Below are positions 38,056 to 46,885 of a stretch of 64,000 bases of DNA, in pieces. The stretch spans positions 259,120 to 323,119 of the forward strand of contig JAFRNW010000018.1 in the NCBI GenBank assembly GCA_017429985.1, in the 5' to 3' direction. The notes beneath the pieces were generated by a model. The model was not told the origin of the DNA, did no database searches, and saw only the letters and a list, made by a program, of their open reading frames with translations. The stretch is from Clostridia bacterium (GTDB lineage: Bacteria; Bacillota; Clostridia; Christensenellales; CAG-138). Within the stretch, counting starts at the first letter, position 1; every line of letters starts with the position of its first letter. Position numbers and translations under genes: made by a program.

Positions 38056-39378
38056 TTATTCGTAGTCTTCGAGTTTGAACTCGTAGTCCTTGCCGGGCAG
38101 GACCGCGTTGGCAATGATACCAACGAGAGCCGCAACGGCGAGACCGCCGAGCTGGATCGGTCCGAGTACGAGCGGATAGGTGTTGAAGCCAAGTCCGCAG
38201 ACAAGGATCAAAGCAGCGATCAGGATGTTACGCATGTTCTTGAAGTCAACCTTGTTCTCAACGATCGTGCGAATACCGGTTGCAGAGATCATGCCGTAGA
38301 GAACCATTGAAATACCGCCGATGATGGAGGCAGGAATGGTCTGGATGAACGCTTCGAAGATGGAGATGAATGACAAGATGATCGTGAAGCATGCCGCAAT
38401 GAGCATGACCTTCGGATCATAGACCTTGGTCAGAGCAACAACACCGGTGTTCTCGGAATAGGTCGTGTTGGCGGGGCCGCCGAAGAGACCTGCGAGGGAG
38501 GTGCCGATACCGTCGCCGAGAAGGGTACGGGTCAGACCGGGATCTGCGATGAAGTTCTTGCCGCAGGTAGCGCCGATCGCGCAGATATCGCCGATATGCT
38601 CAACCATGGCCGCAACAGCAACAACGACGAACGTGATGATCGCGTTGGCTGCCATGCCGCCGTCCATCGCTCCTCCGAAGAGCAGCGGGAGCGGAGAGTA
38701 TGTTGCAAAAGGCGGAACCGAAATGATCTTCGAACCAGCAAGAGTGGAGAAGTCGACCCAGGGGAGTCCGAACAGAGCGTTGCCGGAAACCAGGGAGATC
38801 AGAGCGCCGACTACATAGGATACGATGATGCCCATGAGGACCGGGATGATCTTGATCATTCCCTTGCCGAACAGGTTCGTGCAGACGATGACCACGATTG
38901 CCAGGATCGCAAGGATCCAGTTGGTCTGCGCATTGTTAATAGCAGAAGCGGAGAGAATCAGACCGATGAGAACAATGATCGGGCCAGTAACAACCGGCGG
39001 GAACAGTCTCATGATCTTCTTCGGTCCAAAGATGGCAATCAGGGCAGCAAGGACGACATACAGAAGACCGGCACAGACAACACCAAGTGTTGCATACGGG
39101 ATCTTAGCAAGTTCGCCGTTTGCAACAGATGCAAATGCGCCAAGGAATGCGAAGGAAGATCCGAGGAAAATCGGGATCTTTTTCTTCGTGATGAAATAGA
39201 ACCAGATTGTACCGATACCGGCGCAGAAGAGGGTAACAGAAATGGATAGGCCGGTAAGAATAGGTACGAGAACGGTTGCACCGAACATTGCGAATACGTG
39301 CTGGAGTCCGAGAACGATCATTTTGCCCGTTCCGAGCTCTTTAAAGCCATCGTATACGCCATCAACTTTCTTTTCCAT
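38056..39378 (-). CDS. NCS2-family nucleobase permease, closest by eye to the UraA/PyrP (uracil) type
   Basis: 440 aa. GLQHVFAMFGATVLVPILTG, KKIPIFLGSSFAF, VEHIGD and PANTTYSENTGVVALTKVYD line up with E. coli UraA motifs (LQHLFAMFGATVLVP, GKIPAYLGSSFAF, EHVGH, NTTYGENIGVMAITRVYS). Confidence 0.88.
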   Translation of the reverse strand: MEKKVDGVYDGFKELGTGKMIVLGLQHVFAMFGATVLVPILTGLSISVTLFCAGIGTIWFYFITKKKIPIFLGSSFAFLGAFASVANGELAKIPYATLGVVCAGLLYVVLAALIAIFGPKKIMRLFPPVVTGPIIVLIGLILSASAINNAQTNWILAILAIVVIVCTNLFGKGMIKIIPVLMGIIVSYVVGALISLVSGNALFGLPWVDFSTLAGSKIISVPPFATYSPLPLLFGGAMDGGMAANAIITFVVVAVAAMVEHIGDICAIGATCGKNFIADPGLTRTLLGDGIGTSLAGLFGGPANTTYSENTGVVALTKVYDPKVMLIAACFTIILSFISIFEAFIQTIPASIIGGISMVLYGMISATGIRTIVENKVDFKNMRNILIAALILVCGLGFNTYPLVLGPIQLGGLAVAALVGIIANAVLPGKDYEFKLEDYE

Positions 39379-39511
39379 GGTTTACCTCCTGTTATTGAAT
39401 AGATAAGGGTCTCCATTCCTCACAAGGAACCTATTTGCTTCTTCTCAGTGATTTATTGGAAGCGGATCACGGTTTTGCCGCTCACCGCGCCAACACGTAT
39501 GGATCAAATGA

Positions 39512-40129
39512 TCAGTAGGGTTTCATTTTGCTGTAGCATTCCTGGGAGACAATTTCCTTCAGCATCTCCCCGCGGATTTTTTTCTGCCTTGAAAAATAGA
39601 ATTCCAGTTCCTCGATATCCTTCTTGTCTCTGATTTTGGACGGATCGTCAATCAGTGACAGACAAAGATTCGTGAGATCGTAGCAGCGGTTCATGATCAG
39701 ATTGATTTTCTTTCCGATCAGATTGATCGATGTCAGATACTCCTGCGTTTTATGCCGCATGCTGAACATGGTTTTGATCTGCTCAATGTCCTCGGCATCC
39801 ACGCCACGGTTGAATATCTCGCGGATGCTCTTCGCCTGATCTTCCGGAGGAAGCGCGCGAACGTATCCCCCCTCTCCCGTTTCATATCTGACCCTGTCAA
39901 CCACATTGCTCCCGTTCAGCACACGATCCGTGACCGTGCAGTAGGCTTCCGCAAACGCATCGATGAACGGCTGGATCTTCTTCTTCCTGTACTTGGAAAG
40001 AAGCAGGATCATCGCTATGAGCGCAAGTATGACGACAATTCCCGATAACTGCTGCAAACTGTTTCCGGTCCTTTCCGGAACGAATTCGGATCGGGGACTC
40101 CGCACAGGGCAGAGCCCCCGTCTTTTCAT
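39512..40129 (-). CDS. Hypothetical single-pass membrane protein (AT-rich ORF)
   Basis: 205 aa with one TM segment (LSGIVVILALIAMILLLS) and a charged helical C-terminal part. No family recognised and the start is uncertain. It lies between the Mo subunit and permease genes. Confidence 0.4.
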   Translation of the reverse strand: MKRRGLCPVRSPRSEFVPERTGNSLQQLSGIVVILALIAMILLLSKYRKKKIQPFIDAFAEAYCTVTDRVLNGSNVVDRVRYETGEGGYVRALPPEDQAKSIREIFNRGVDAEDIEQIKTMFSMRHKTQEYLTSINLIGKKINLIMNRCYDLTNLCLSLIDDPSKIRDKKDIEELEFYFSRQKKIRGEMLKEIVSQECYSKMKPY

Positions 40130-40138
40130 TCCTCAGGT

Positions 40139-42448
40139 TTATTTCTTGGCTTTCAGTGCTGCAAGCACAACATCCGGCATGAGCGGCATCCGCGTGAATC
40201 TGACTCCGGTCGCATTGGCAACCGCGTTTGCGATCGCAGGCGCGCCCGGAACCATGACGATTTCACCGATACCACGTGCTCCGTAAGGACCTGTCGGCTC
40301 CGCATTCTCAACGACCTCAACGATCAGTTCCGGCATATCGTCGAATGTCGGGATCTTGTAGTCCACGAAGCTCGGGTTCATGACCTTTCCTTCTTTGAGT
40401 TTCAGTTCTTCCCAGAGCGCGGTTCCCATTGCCTGGACCATGGCGCCTTCCGCCTGTCCCTCATACATCTGGGGGTTGATGACCTTGCCGGCGTCAAAGA
40501 CGGATACCATCTTCAGCACCTTTACCTTGCCGGTGTCAAGATCCACCTCAACCTCAGCGCCGTTGACGCCCATCGTCCAGAATGCAACCGGTTTCGGGGA
40601 AAGACCGGTCTTAATGTCCGCCGCGATGTTGTTCGGAACCGTATAGGAACCGACGCCGATCATCGGGCCTGCAATACCGCTCTGGTCCGGAAGCATCAGA
40701 CCGAGTGCGAAAGTGGAGATCGGGACTTTTATGTCCGGATAGAACACTCTGCGGACATACCCGTCTTCCAGATACAGGTCCTTCTTCCAGGTTCCCATCT
40801 TGATCTGGGCAACTTCAAGGATCTTGTCCCTGAGATCTTCCGCAGCAAGTTTCGTCGCGTTGCCGGCGCAGTACGTGGAACGGGACGCAACCGTCTGCCA
40901 CTCGTACGGGGTATGATCCGTATCGCCTGTCCTGACTGTGATCTTGCTGACGTCGACCGTCAGTGTTTCAGCGGCGATCTGTGCCATGACCGTGTCAGAG
41001 CCCTGGCCCATATCATGGCAGGAGCAGAGAAGAATGAACGTTCCGTCCTCATTCATGCGGATAATGACGGAAGACTGTGCATCTGTCGGCATGGACGGCG
41101 CTTTCCAGCCGCCCGCCAGACCTTTGCCGCGGACCTTTCTCGGATTGCCGGAAGGCTCGCAGGGCTTGTCGTACTCGATAAGAGCAGCTGCCTTTTCAAG
41201 GCATTCCTGATAGCCGGCAACATCAATGACCTGACCTGTTGCGGAGACGCCGCCCGGACGGATTCCGTTGATACGGCGGATATCCAGAGGCGATATGCCC
41301 ATTTCGTTTGCAACCATATCCAGGTTCTGCTCGATTGCGAAGTGGATCTCACTCATGCCGAAACCGCGGTACGGACCGCCGACCGGGTGGTTCGTGTAGA
41401 CGCAGTAGCTGTCTGTCGCGATGTTCTCGATATCATACGGACCGACACAGCCCCATCCTGCTGCTTTAACGATGTTTACGCCGTACTCTGTGTAGGCGCC
41501 GCCGTCCCATGCCAGCACGTTCTTCGAGCCGATGATCTTTCCATCCTTGTTGACCGCTGTCTGGATACGGATATGCAGTCCCTGACGGACGTATGCATAC
41601 TGGAACTCGTCTTCACGGGTGTAGGTCAGTTTGACCGGACGTCCGGGGCAGAGCATAGCCAGCGGAATAACGATACCTTCCAGCGTTGTTCCCGCTTTAC
41701 AGCCGAATCCGCCGCCAACCGCTTTACTGATAACGCGAATCTTGTTGAGCGGGAAATCGAATGTTTCCGCCAGCGCACGGCGGACAGCAAACGGAGACTG
41801 GCAGGCAGCCCAGATGCACAGTTCGCCGTCCGGCATATACTGCGCGGTGCAGGCGTGCGGCTCGATCGGTACGTGCTGCACGTGCGGAATATAGAAGCTG
41901 TTGTCAAATGTCTTGTATGCTTCCTTGAACGCCTTTTCGGCATCTCCCTTGCGCAGGACGTAGTGGTGGGAAATATTGGTGCCTTTCTGCGGATAGAAAA
42001 TCGGAGCTACCTTGTATGTGTGCAGATCGGGGTGGATCAGCGGCGCATCCGGTTTCATGCCGTCCAGGGAATCAAACACCGCGGGAAGCTCTTCATACTC
42101 CACTTCGATCAGTTTGCAGGCTTCTTCCGCGATTTCTTTGGACTCCGCGGCAACAGCCGCGACAGGCTCTCCTTTGAATTTCGCGGTACCGACCGCCAGA
42201 AAGTTTTTGTCTTCCAGATACAGGCCGGCACGTTTCTTATAGTATTCACCGGTAATAACGCAGCGAACGCCATACAGCTGCTCCGCTTTGCTTGTGTCGA
42301 TCTTCAGAATTTTCGCATGCGCATAGGGGCTGCGCTTGACCTGCGCGAACAGCGGACGGGAAAACTGAATATCATCCGCGAATTGTGCAGATCCGGTTAC
42401 TTTTTTAATGGCATCAAGCCGTTCTACGGATGTTCCGACAACTCTCAT
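40139..42448 (-). CDS. XDH/aldehyde-oxidoreductase-family molybdopterin-binding large subunit
   Basis: 769 aa: VERLDAIKKVTGSAQFADD, RSPYAHAKI, VGGGFGCKAG, GQGSDTVMAQIAAE, PYGARGIGE. Confidence 0.9.
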   Translation of the reverse strand: MRVVGTSVERLDAIKKVTGSAQFADDIQFSRPLFAQVKRSPYAHAKILKIDTSKAEQLYGVRCVITGEYYKKRAGLYLEDKNFLAVGTAKFKGEPVAAVAAESKEIAEEACKLIEVEYEELPAVFDSLDGMKPDAPLIHPDLHTYKVAPIFYPQKGTNISHHYVLRKGDAEKAFKEAYKTFDNSFYIPHVQHVPIEPHACTAQYMPDGELCIWAACQSPFAVRRALAETFDFPLNKIRVISKAVGGGFGCKAGTTLEGIVIPLAMLCPGRPVKLTYTREDEFQYAYVRQGLHIRIQTAVNKDGKIIGSKNVLAWDGGAYTEYGVNIVKAAGWGCVGPYDIENIATDSYCVYTNHPVGGPYRGFGMSEIHFAIEQNLDMVANEMGISPLDIRRINGIRPGGVSATGQVIDVAGYQECLEKAAALIEYDKPCEPSGNPRKVRGKGLAGGWKAPSMPTDAQSSVIIRMNEDGTFILLCSCHDMGQGSDTVMAQIAAETLTVDVSKITVRTGDTDHTPYEWQTVASRSTYCAGNATKLAAEDLRDKILEVAQIKMGTWKKDLYLEDGYVRRVFYPDIKVPISTFALGLMLPDQSGIAGPMIGVGSYTVPNNIAADIKTGLSPKPVAFWTMGVNGAEVEVDLDTGKVKVLKMVSVFDAGKVINPQMYEGQAEGAMVQAMGTALWEELKLKEGKVMNPSFVDYKIPTFDDMPELIVEVVENAEPTGPYGARGIGEIVMVPGAPAIANAVANATGVRFTRMPLMPDVVLAALKAKK

Positions 42449-42924
42449 TTGTCATAGACCCCCTTCTCTGCGACCGCTTCAATTGCTTCAACGATCTTTT
42501 TATATCCCGTGCAGCGGCACAGGTTTCCGCTCATGGCTTTCTTGATCTCATCCCTTGTCGGATGCGGATTGTCACGGAGAAGTGATTCAGCGCTCATCAG
42601 CATGCCGGGCGTGCAGAAGCCGCACTGCAGAGCCATGTGCTCAATAAAGGATTCCTGCAGCGGTGAAATCTGGCTGCCTTTTGCAAGGCCTTCGACGGTT
42701 TCAATATGCATTCCGTCCAGCTCAGGCGCGAGGATCAGGCAAGCGTTGACCGCCTTGCCGTCCACGATAACCGTGCAGGCACCGCACTCACCGGCGCCGC
42801 AGCCTTCCTTTGTGCCTGTCAGTGCGAGATCCTCGCGGAGGACGGACAGGAGCGTGCGGTTTGCAGGAACGCGGAGCTCGATCGGTTCATCATTTACGAA
42901 AAACTTGACAAGATATTCTTTCAT
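42445..42924 (-). CDS. [2Fe-2S]-binding small subunit of a molybdenum hydroxylase
   Basis: 159 aa: GCGAGECGACTVIVDG, CGFCTPG, LCRCTGY. 4-nt overlap with the large-subunit gene. Confidence 0.9.
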   Translation of the reverse strand: MKEYLVKFFVNDEPIELRVPANRTLLSVLREDLALTGTKEGCGAGECGACTVIVDGKAVNACLILAPELDGMHIETVEGLAKGSQISPLQESFIEHMALQCGFCTPGMLMSAESLLRDNPHPTRDEIKKAMSGNLCRCTGYKKIVEAIEAVAEKGVYDK

Positions 42925-42936
42925 TTCCGTTCCTCC

Positions 42937-43767
42937 TTACGCCAGCTTGGTAAGCACATCGCGGACGATGTACGAGACCATGTCAAGACGATACTGTTTG
43001 GAAGCACGAACGTCGTCGATCGGATTGACTTCCGTCGGAGCCAGTTCCGCAGCCTCATCAATCAGTTCTTTGGTCAGTTTCTTGCCGGCAAGCAGTTCTT
43101 CCGTCTTTTTCAGGCGGAGCGGGGTCGGAGCAACGGAACCCATGGCAATGTGGTACTCGTCGCCGAATTTCAGTACCGTACCGCACACGGTGGAAAGATC
43201 CACCTGGTCTCTTCTGGCAATCTTACGGAATTCTCCTTCTGCCTCGCGGTAAGGCACCCGGATGCCGGTCACGAGTTCTCCGCGCTCCAGCGCTACCTTG
43301 CGGACGAACAGAATAAACTCTGTGATCGGAATCTCACGCTTGCCGTTCGGCCCGAGGATCTCAAGGACAGCATCATAGCAGTACAGCGGGGTCGCCGTAT
43401 CCGCCAAAGGAGATGCATTGACGATGTTTCCCACGCAGGTCGCGCGGTTGCGCACCTGTCTGGATCCCACGGATTCCGCCGCGGCTGCAAGGGTCGGATA
43501 GTATTTCCGAACGTCCTCGTTTCCCGCGATCTCATTCATGGTAGCCAGACACCCGATGTGCAGTCCTTCCTCTTTCGAGAAAGTGATGCCATCCAATCCC
43601 GGAATCTTCTTTAAATCGATGACATACTCCGGGGTCAACAGATAGTCGCGCATACGCACAACTATGTCCGTGGCACCTGCCATAAAGACAGCCGCTTTGT
43701 CATACTCTTCCTTGAGTCTGACGGCCTCCTCCAATGTCTGGGGAAGCAGATACTGGAAATCCTTCAA
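42937..43767 (-). CDS. FAD-binding medium subunit of a molybdenum hydroxylase (CoxM-like)
   Basis: 276 aa: VFMAGATDIVVRMRD, ATCVGN. The FAD-FeS-Mo gene order is the CoxMSL-type arrangement. Confidence 0.85.
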   Translation of the reverse strand: MKDFQYLLPQTLEEAVRLKEEYDKAAVFMAGATDIVVRMRDYLLTPEYVIDLKKIPGLDGITFSKEEGLHIGCLATMNEIAGNEDVRKYYPTLAAAAESVGSRQVRNRATCVGNIVNASPLADTATPLYCYDAVLEILGPNGKREIPITEFILFVRKVALERGELVTGIRVPYREAEGEFRKIARRDQVDLSTVCGTVLKFGDEYHIAMGSVAPTPLRLKKTEELLAGKKLTKELIDEAAELAPTEVNPIDDVRASKQYRLDMVSYIVRDVLTKLA

Positions 43768-43816
43768 AGTTCTACCTCCTTTTTATAGGTCTGATTTATC
43801 GTAGAATTTCCCTTTA

Positions 43817-44419
43817 TCAGGTACTCCTGATTTTCAATAAACTGTCGTAATCGTCCGGTGTGTCAACATCAAGCCCGCATCCAACGTCATCCGTCAGAAC
43901 GTATTCCGTTTTTCCGGCGCAGGCTTTGAATCCCCCGTGCAGCCCGTTCTGTCCGTCATAAACCGCGAGCAGTTCAAGGCAGGCTCTGGATAGAAGAGGC
44001 GGATGAAGCCGTTTCATTCCCTGACTCGGAAAAACAAGATCGGCTTCCGTTTCCTCCATCTTCCGGATCAGTCCCGGCAGGATCTTGGGCGGAACTGCCG
44101 GCATATCTCCCGGAAGCAGGAACGCTGCGTCGACGGCCGGATCCTTCAGCACGTCTCTGATGGCGATCTGTGCGGAATCAAACATTTCCGTCGTTTCAAA
44201 CCGGTCATTGTGGAGCCACCTGACCGTCCTGTCCGAAAGAGCTTCCCGGATTTCCTCAGCCCTGTACCCGGTCACGACCCGCACGTCCGTGATTCCTGCC
44301 TGAAAAAACACATCCACGGAATGCGCGATCAGCGGCTTCCCGTTCAGGGGAAGCAAAGGCTTGAATCTGCCCATCCTTCTGGACATCCCGGCAACAAGAA
44401 CCACTCCAACCGTCTGCAT
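43817..44419 (-). CDS. mocA: Molybdenum cofactor cytidylyltransferase (MocA/MobA-like nucleotidyltransferase)
   Basis: ORF 43817..44506 trimmed to the ATG at 44419, giving MQTVGVVLVAGMSRRMG (the LAAGxSxRMG-type motif). DVDTPDDY is near the C-terminus. The RBS is weak, so the start is tentative. Confidence 0.7.
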   Translation of the reverse strand: MQTVGVVLVAGMSRRMGRFKPLLPLNGKPLIAHSVDVFFQAGITDVRVVTGYRAEEIREALSDRTVRWLHNDRFETTEMFDSAQIAIRDVLKDPAVDAAFLLPGDMPAVPPKILPGLIRKMEETEADLVFPSQGMKRLHPPLLSRACLELLAVYDGQNGLHGGFKACAGKTEYVLTDDVGCGLDVDTPDDYDSLLKIRST

Positions 44420-44510
44420 AAATACTTTTACCGGATCCCAATCCTTTCCGCCGGGGCGGGCTCTCTCTGTATCTGCGAAAAACACACAGTAATACTGCGT
44501 GCTCAATCAA

Positions 44511-44858
44511 TCAAAATATAGGTATCGAATCAATGGGGCAATTCCAAGAATTACGGATTTTATGATGTTCCACGCCTGCGCCAAACGACGCAGTCCGTAC
44601 CTCAAGATAACACTTCGGCGAAGCTCTGAATGATCCATCGGAATCAACAGATGTGAAGATAAGCAATAACTGACCATCATAATCCCCGGATTTGAACCTG
44701 GTGAAAACAAGAATACGACCGAAACTGTCTCGCTCCAGCTCGGAAATCTCATTAAACTCGAAGTCATTTATCTGCTTCTGGTATAATGCGGCCGTCAGAT
44801 CCATGGTGGCTTTTCTGACAGCTTCTTCCGGTTCTTGTCCGCCAAATAAACGCATCAT
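44511..44858 (-). CDS. Hypothetical protein (AT-rich orphan ORF)
   Basis: 115 aa. GAGGAAG lies upstream of ATGATG. The middle of the sequence looks plausible for a beta-rich fold (GRILVFTRFKSGDYDGQLLLIFTSVDSDGSF). No family recognised. It is visibly more AT-rich than its neighbours. Confidence 0.4.
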   Translation of the reverse strand: MMRLFGGQEPEEAVRKATMDLTAALYQKQINDFEFNEISELERDSFGRILVFTRFKSGDYDGQLLLIFTSVDSDGSFRASPKCYLEVRTASFGAGVEHHKIRNSWNCPIDSIPIF

Positions 44859-44989
44859 AGCTTCCTCGTTAATCAGTTATAGGATAACGCAAATCGCATT
44901 TTATTTCAAGCGATTCAAAAAATGAAACTTGTTACCCCAAAAATTTTTTACCCGTGAGAATGCAGCCTTTTTCCAGTGAACCCGCGGTA

Positions 44990-45799
44990 TTATGCATCCT
45001 CAAATCCGTCAAACGCAACAATTCTCGTTACACAGGCTTCCCCTCCGACCAGCTTCCACGGAAACGCTCCAATCACGCAGCGTTTATTAGAAAGCTTATC
45101 GATATCACCGCCGAGGCATTCCGCATGAATTGCTTCATAAGGCTGTTTGAACAGTTCAATATGCATCGCCTGATAGTGATCCGGCCAGGGATAGAGCTCC
45201 GCCAACGTTTTTCCGTAACGGGCGAAAAGCTTCTCCTCGCATTTTTTCGCTTCCTTCGGTTCCCAGTCACGAATCTTCGTGTTCATCGGATGATCTGCAC
45301 TTCCGCAGTCCACTCCGATCCAGCGCAGCTTCTTGTCACGCACCCATTGCACAAAGTCCATATCCGGTCCCGGATGACGGATCATATACCGTTTCTCATC
45401 CGCTGTCCCGGGCATGTCCCAGCCGTATTTATGATATCCCGTATTGATGATCAGGATGTCTCCCTCTCTCACTTCGACTCTTTTTTCAATATCTTTGGAT
45501 GTATAGATTGCGAAGTCATCTTCACCGAACTCGTCAGAAAGATCGACCACCACGCCGGGATGACAAAGCTTTGTCAGTTCAAGAGAGGCCATGTCGCGTC
45601 CGGCGGTATCAAAATGGATCGGTCCGTCCAGATGCGTTCCCACATGATTGCTGTGGGTCAGAACCTGCCCATTTGCCCCGTTCGGTGCCAGCCTCTTAAA
45701 AAATTTCATTTCAAGCGGCTCCATCGTCGGCCACGGCAGGCATCCAACTCCAAATTTACAGGAAAGATCATAAACTGTAATATCAGACCATTTGCTCAT
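44990..45799 (-). CDS. Cyclase-family metal-dependent hydrolase (kynurenine formamidase / isatin hydrolase superfamily), copy A
   Basis: 269 aa with HVGTHLDGPIHF, which matches the family HxGTHxDxPxH motif. It is a paralog of the next gene. Confidence 0.85.
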   Translation of the reverse strand: MSKWSDITVYDLSCKFGVGCLPWPTMEPLEMKFFKRLAPNGANGQVLTHSNHVGTHLDGPIHFDTAGRDMASLELTKLCHPGVVVDLSDEFGEDDFAIYTSKDIEKRVEVREGDILIINTGYHKYGWDMPGTADEKRYMIRHPGPDMDFVQWVRDKKLRWIGVDCGSADHPMNTKIRDWEPKEAKKCEEKLFARYGKTLAELYPWPDHYQAMHIELFKQPYEAIHAECLGGDIDKLSNKRCVIGAFPWKLVGGEACVTRIVAFDGFEDA

Positions 45800-45924
45800 T
45801 TGGTAATCTCCAAATAAGGCTTTCCCTTCAAGTCATCCGAATCTGTCAGACCGCACTTTATTGTCCGCTGATTCATCATTCTTCGCAGGAAAACAGATTT
45901 GTGTTGATTCCTGTTGCCCATTTG

Positions 45925-45954
45925 AAAAAAGGGCGGTCGCAGAAGGACCGCCCC
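45925..45954 (-). terminator. Rho-independent terminator between the two cyclase paralogs
   Basis: The minus strand reads GGGCGGUC-cuucugc-GACCGCCC followed by UUUUUUCAAAU, starting about 12 nt after the stop of copy B. Confidence 0.8.
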
Positions 45955-45965
45955 GAAATAATGCA

Positions 45966-46775
45966 TCAGACATCCTCAAAACCGTCGAACGCGACGATAC
46001 GGGAGATGCAGCTCTCGCCCTCGACCAGCTTCCACGGGAAGCAGCCGATAACGACACGCTTGTTGGACAGCTCATCGATCTGGCCGCCAAGGCACTCGGC
46101 ATGAATTGCCTCATAGGGCTGGCAGAACAGTTCGATATGCATTGCCTGATAATGATCCGGCCACGGATACATCTCGTTCAGGGTCTTGCCGTACTTCTCC
46201 TGGAACTTCTTGTCGCACTTTGCGGCTTCCATCGGCTCCCAGTCACGGATCTTCGTGTTCATCGGGTGGTCTGCGCTTCCGCAGTCAACGCCGATCCAGC
46301 GGATCTTCTTTTCACGGACCCATTTCACGAAGTCCAGATTCGGACCGGGGTGACGGAGCATATAACGTTTTTCATCCGCTGTTCCCGGAGCATCCCAGCC
46401 ATATTTATGATAGCCGGTGTTGATGATCAGGATGTCGCCCTCTTTGACTTCCACACGTTTTTCAATGTCCTCGGCGGTGTAAATGCCGAAATCGTCCTCG
46501 CCGAACTCATCGGAAAGGTCAACAACTACGCCGGGATGCACGAGCTTTGTGAGCTCCAGGGACGCCATATCGCGGCCTGCTGTATCAAAATGGAGCGGAC
46601 CGTCAAGGTGAGTACCAACATGGTTGCTGTGTGTCAGCAGCTGGCCGTTTGCACCGTTCGGAGCGAGACGTTTGAAGAACTTCATCTGAAGCGGCTCATA
46701 GGTCGGCCACGGCGGCGTGCAGATGCCAATCGGGATTGAAAGATCATACATCTTGATGTCAGACCATTTACTCAT
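45966..46775 (-). CDS. Cyclase-family metal-dependent hydrolase, copy B
   Basis: 269 aa with HVGTHLDGPLHF. AGGAGGACA lies upstream. By my hand count it is roughly 80-85 percent identical in protein to copy A. Confidence 0.85.
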   Translation of the reverse strand: MSKWSDIKMYDLSIPIGICTPPWPTYEPLQMKFFKRLAPNGANGQLLTHSNHVGTHLDGPLHFDTAGRDMASLELTKLVHPGVVVDLSDEFGEDDFGIYTAEDIEKRVEVKEGDILIINTGYHKYGWDAPGTADEKRYMLRHPGPNLDFVKWVREKKIRWIGVDCGSADHPMNTKIRDWEPMEAAKCDKKFQEKYGKTLNEMYPWPDHYQAMHIELFCQPYEAIHAECLGGQIDELSNKRVVIGCFPWKLVEGESCISRIVAFDGFEDV

Positions 46776-46845
46776 TTGTGTGTCCTCCTAAAAAAATATG
46801 TGTGTATTGTTTTTGGCATGATCAGTGCCACAAAGCCTTGTTGAG

Positions 46846-46874
46846 GGGATGGATGACCCGATGTCATCCATCCC
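46846..46874 (-). other. Intercistronic 12-bp perfect stem-loop (no U-tract)
   Basis: GGGATGGATGAC-5 nt-GTCATCCATCCC, in the 110-nt gap between the DUF1116 gene and cyclase copy B. Confidence 0.5.
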
Positions 46875-46885
46875 TGCCGTTCATG

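Noticed and set aside
39379-39511. Purine riboswitch upstream of the NCS2 permease
   Set aside because: I read the minus-strand leader and found no three-way-junction consensus (UAUA..CGCGUGGAUAUGG..CUACCGGG-type blocks). Only a GTTCC-N6-GGAAT-like dyad is present.
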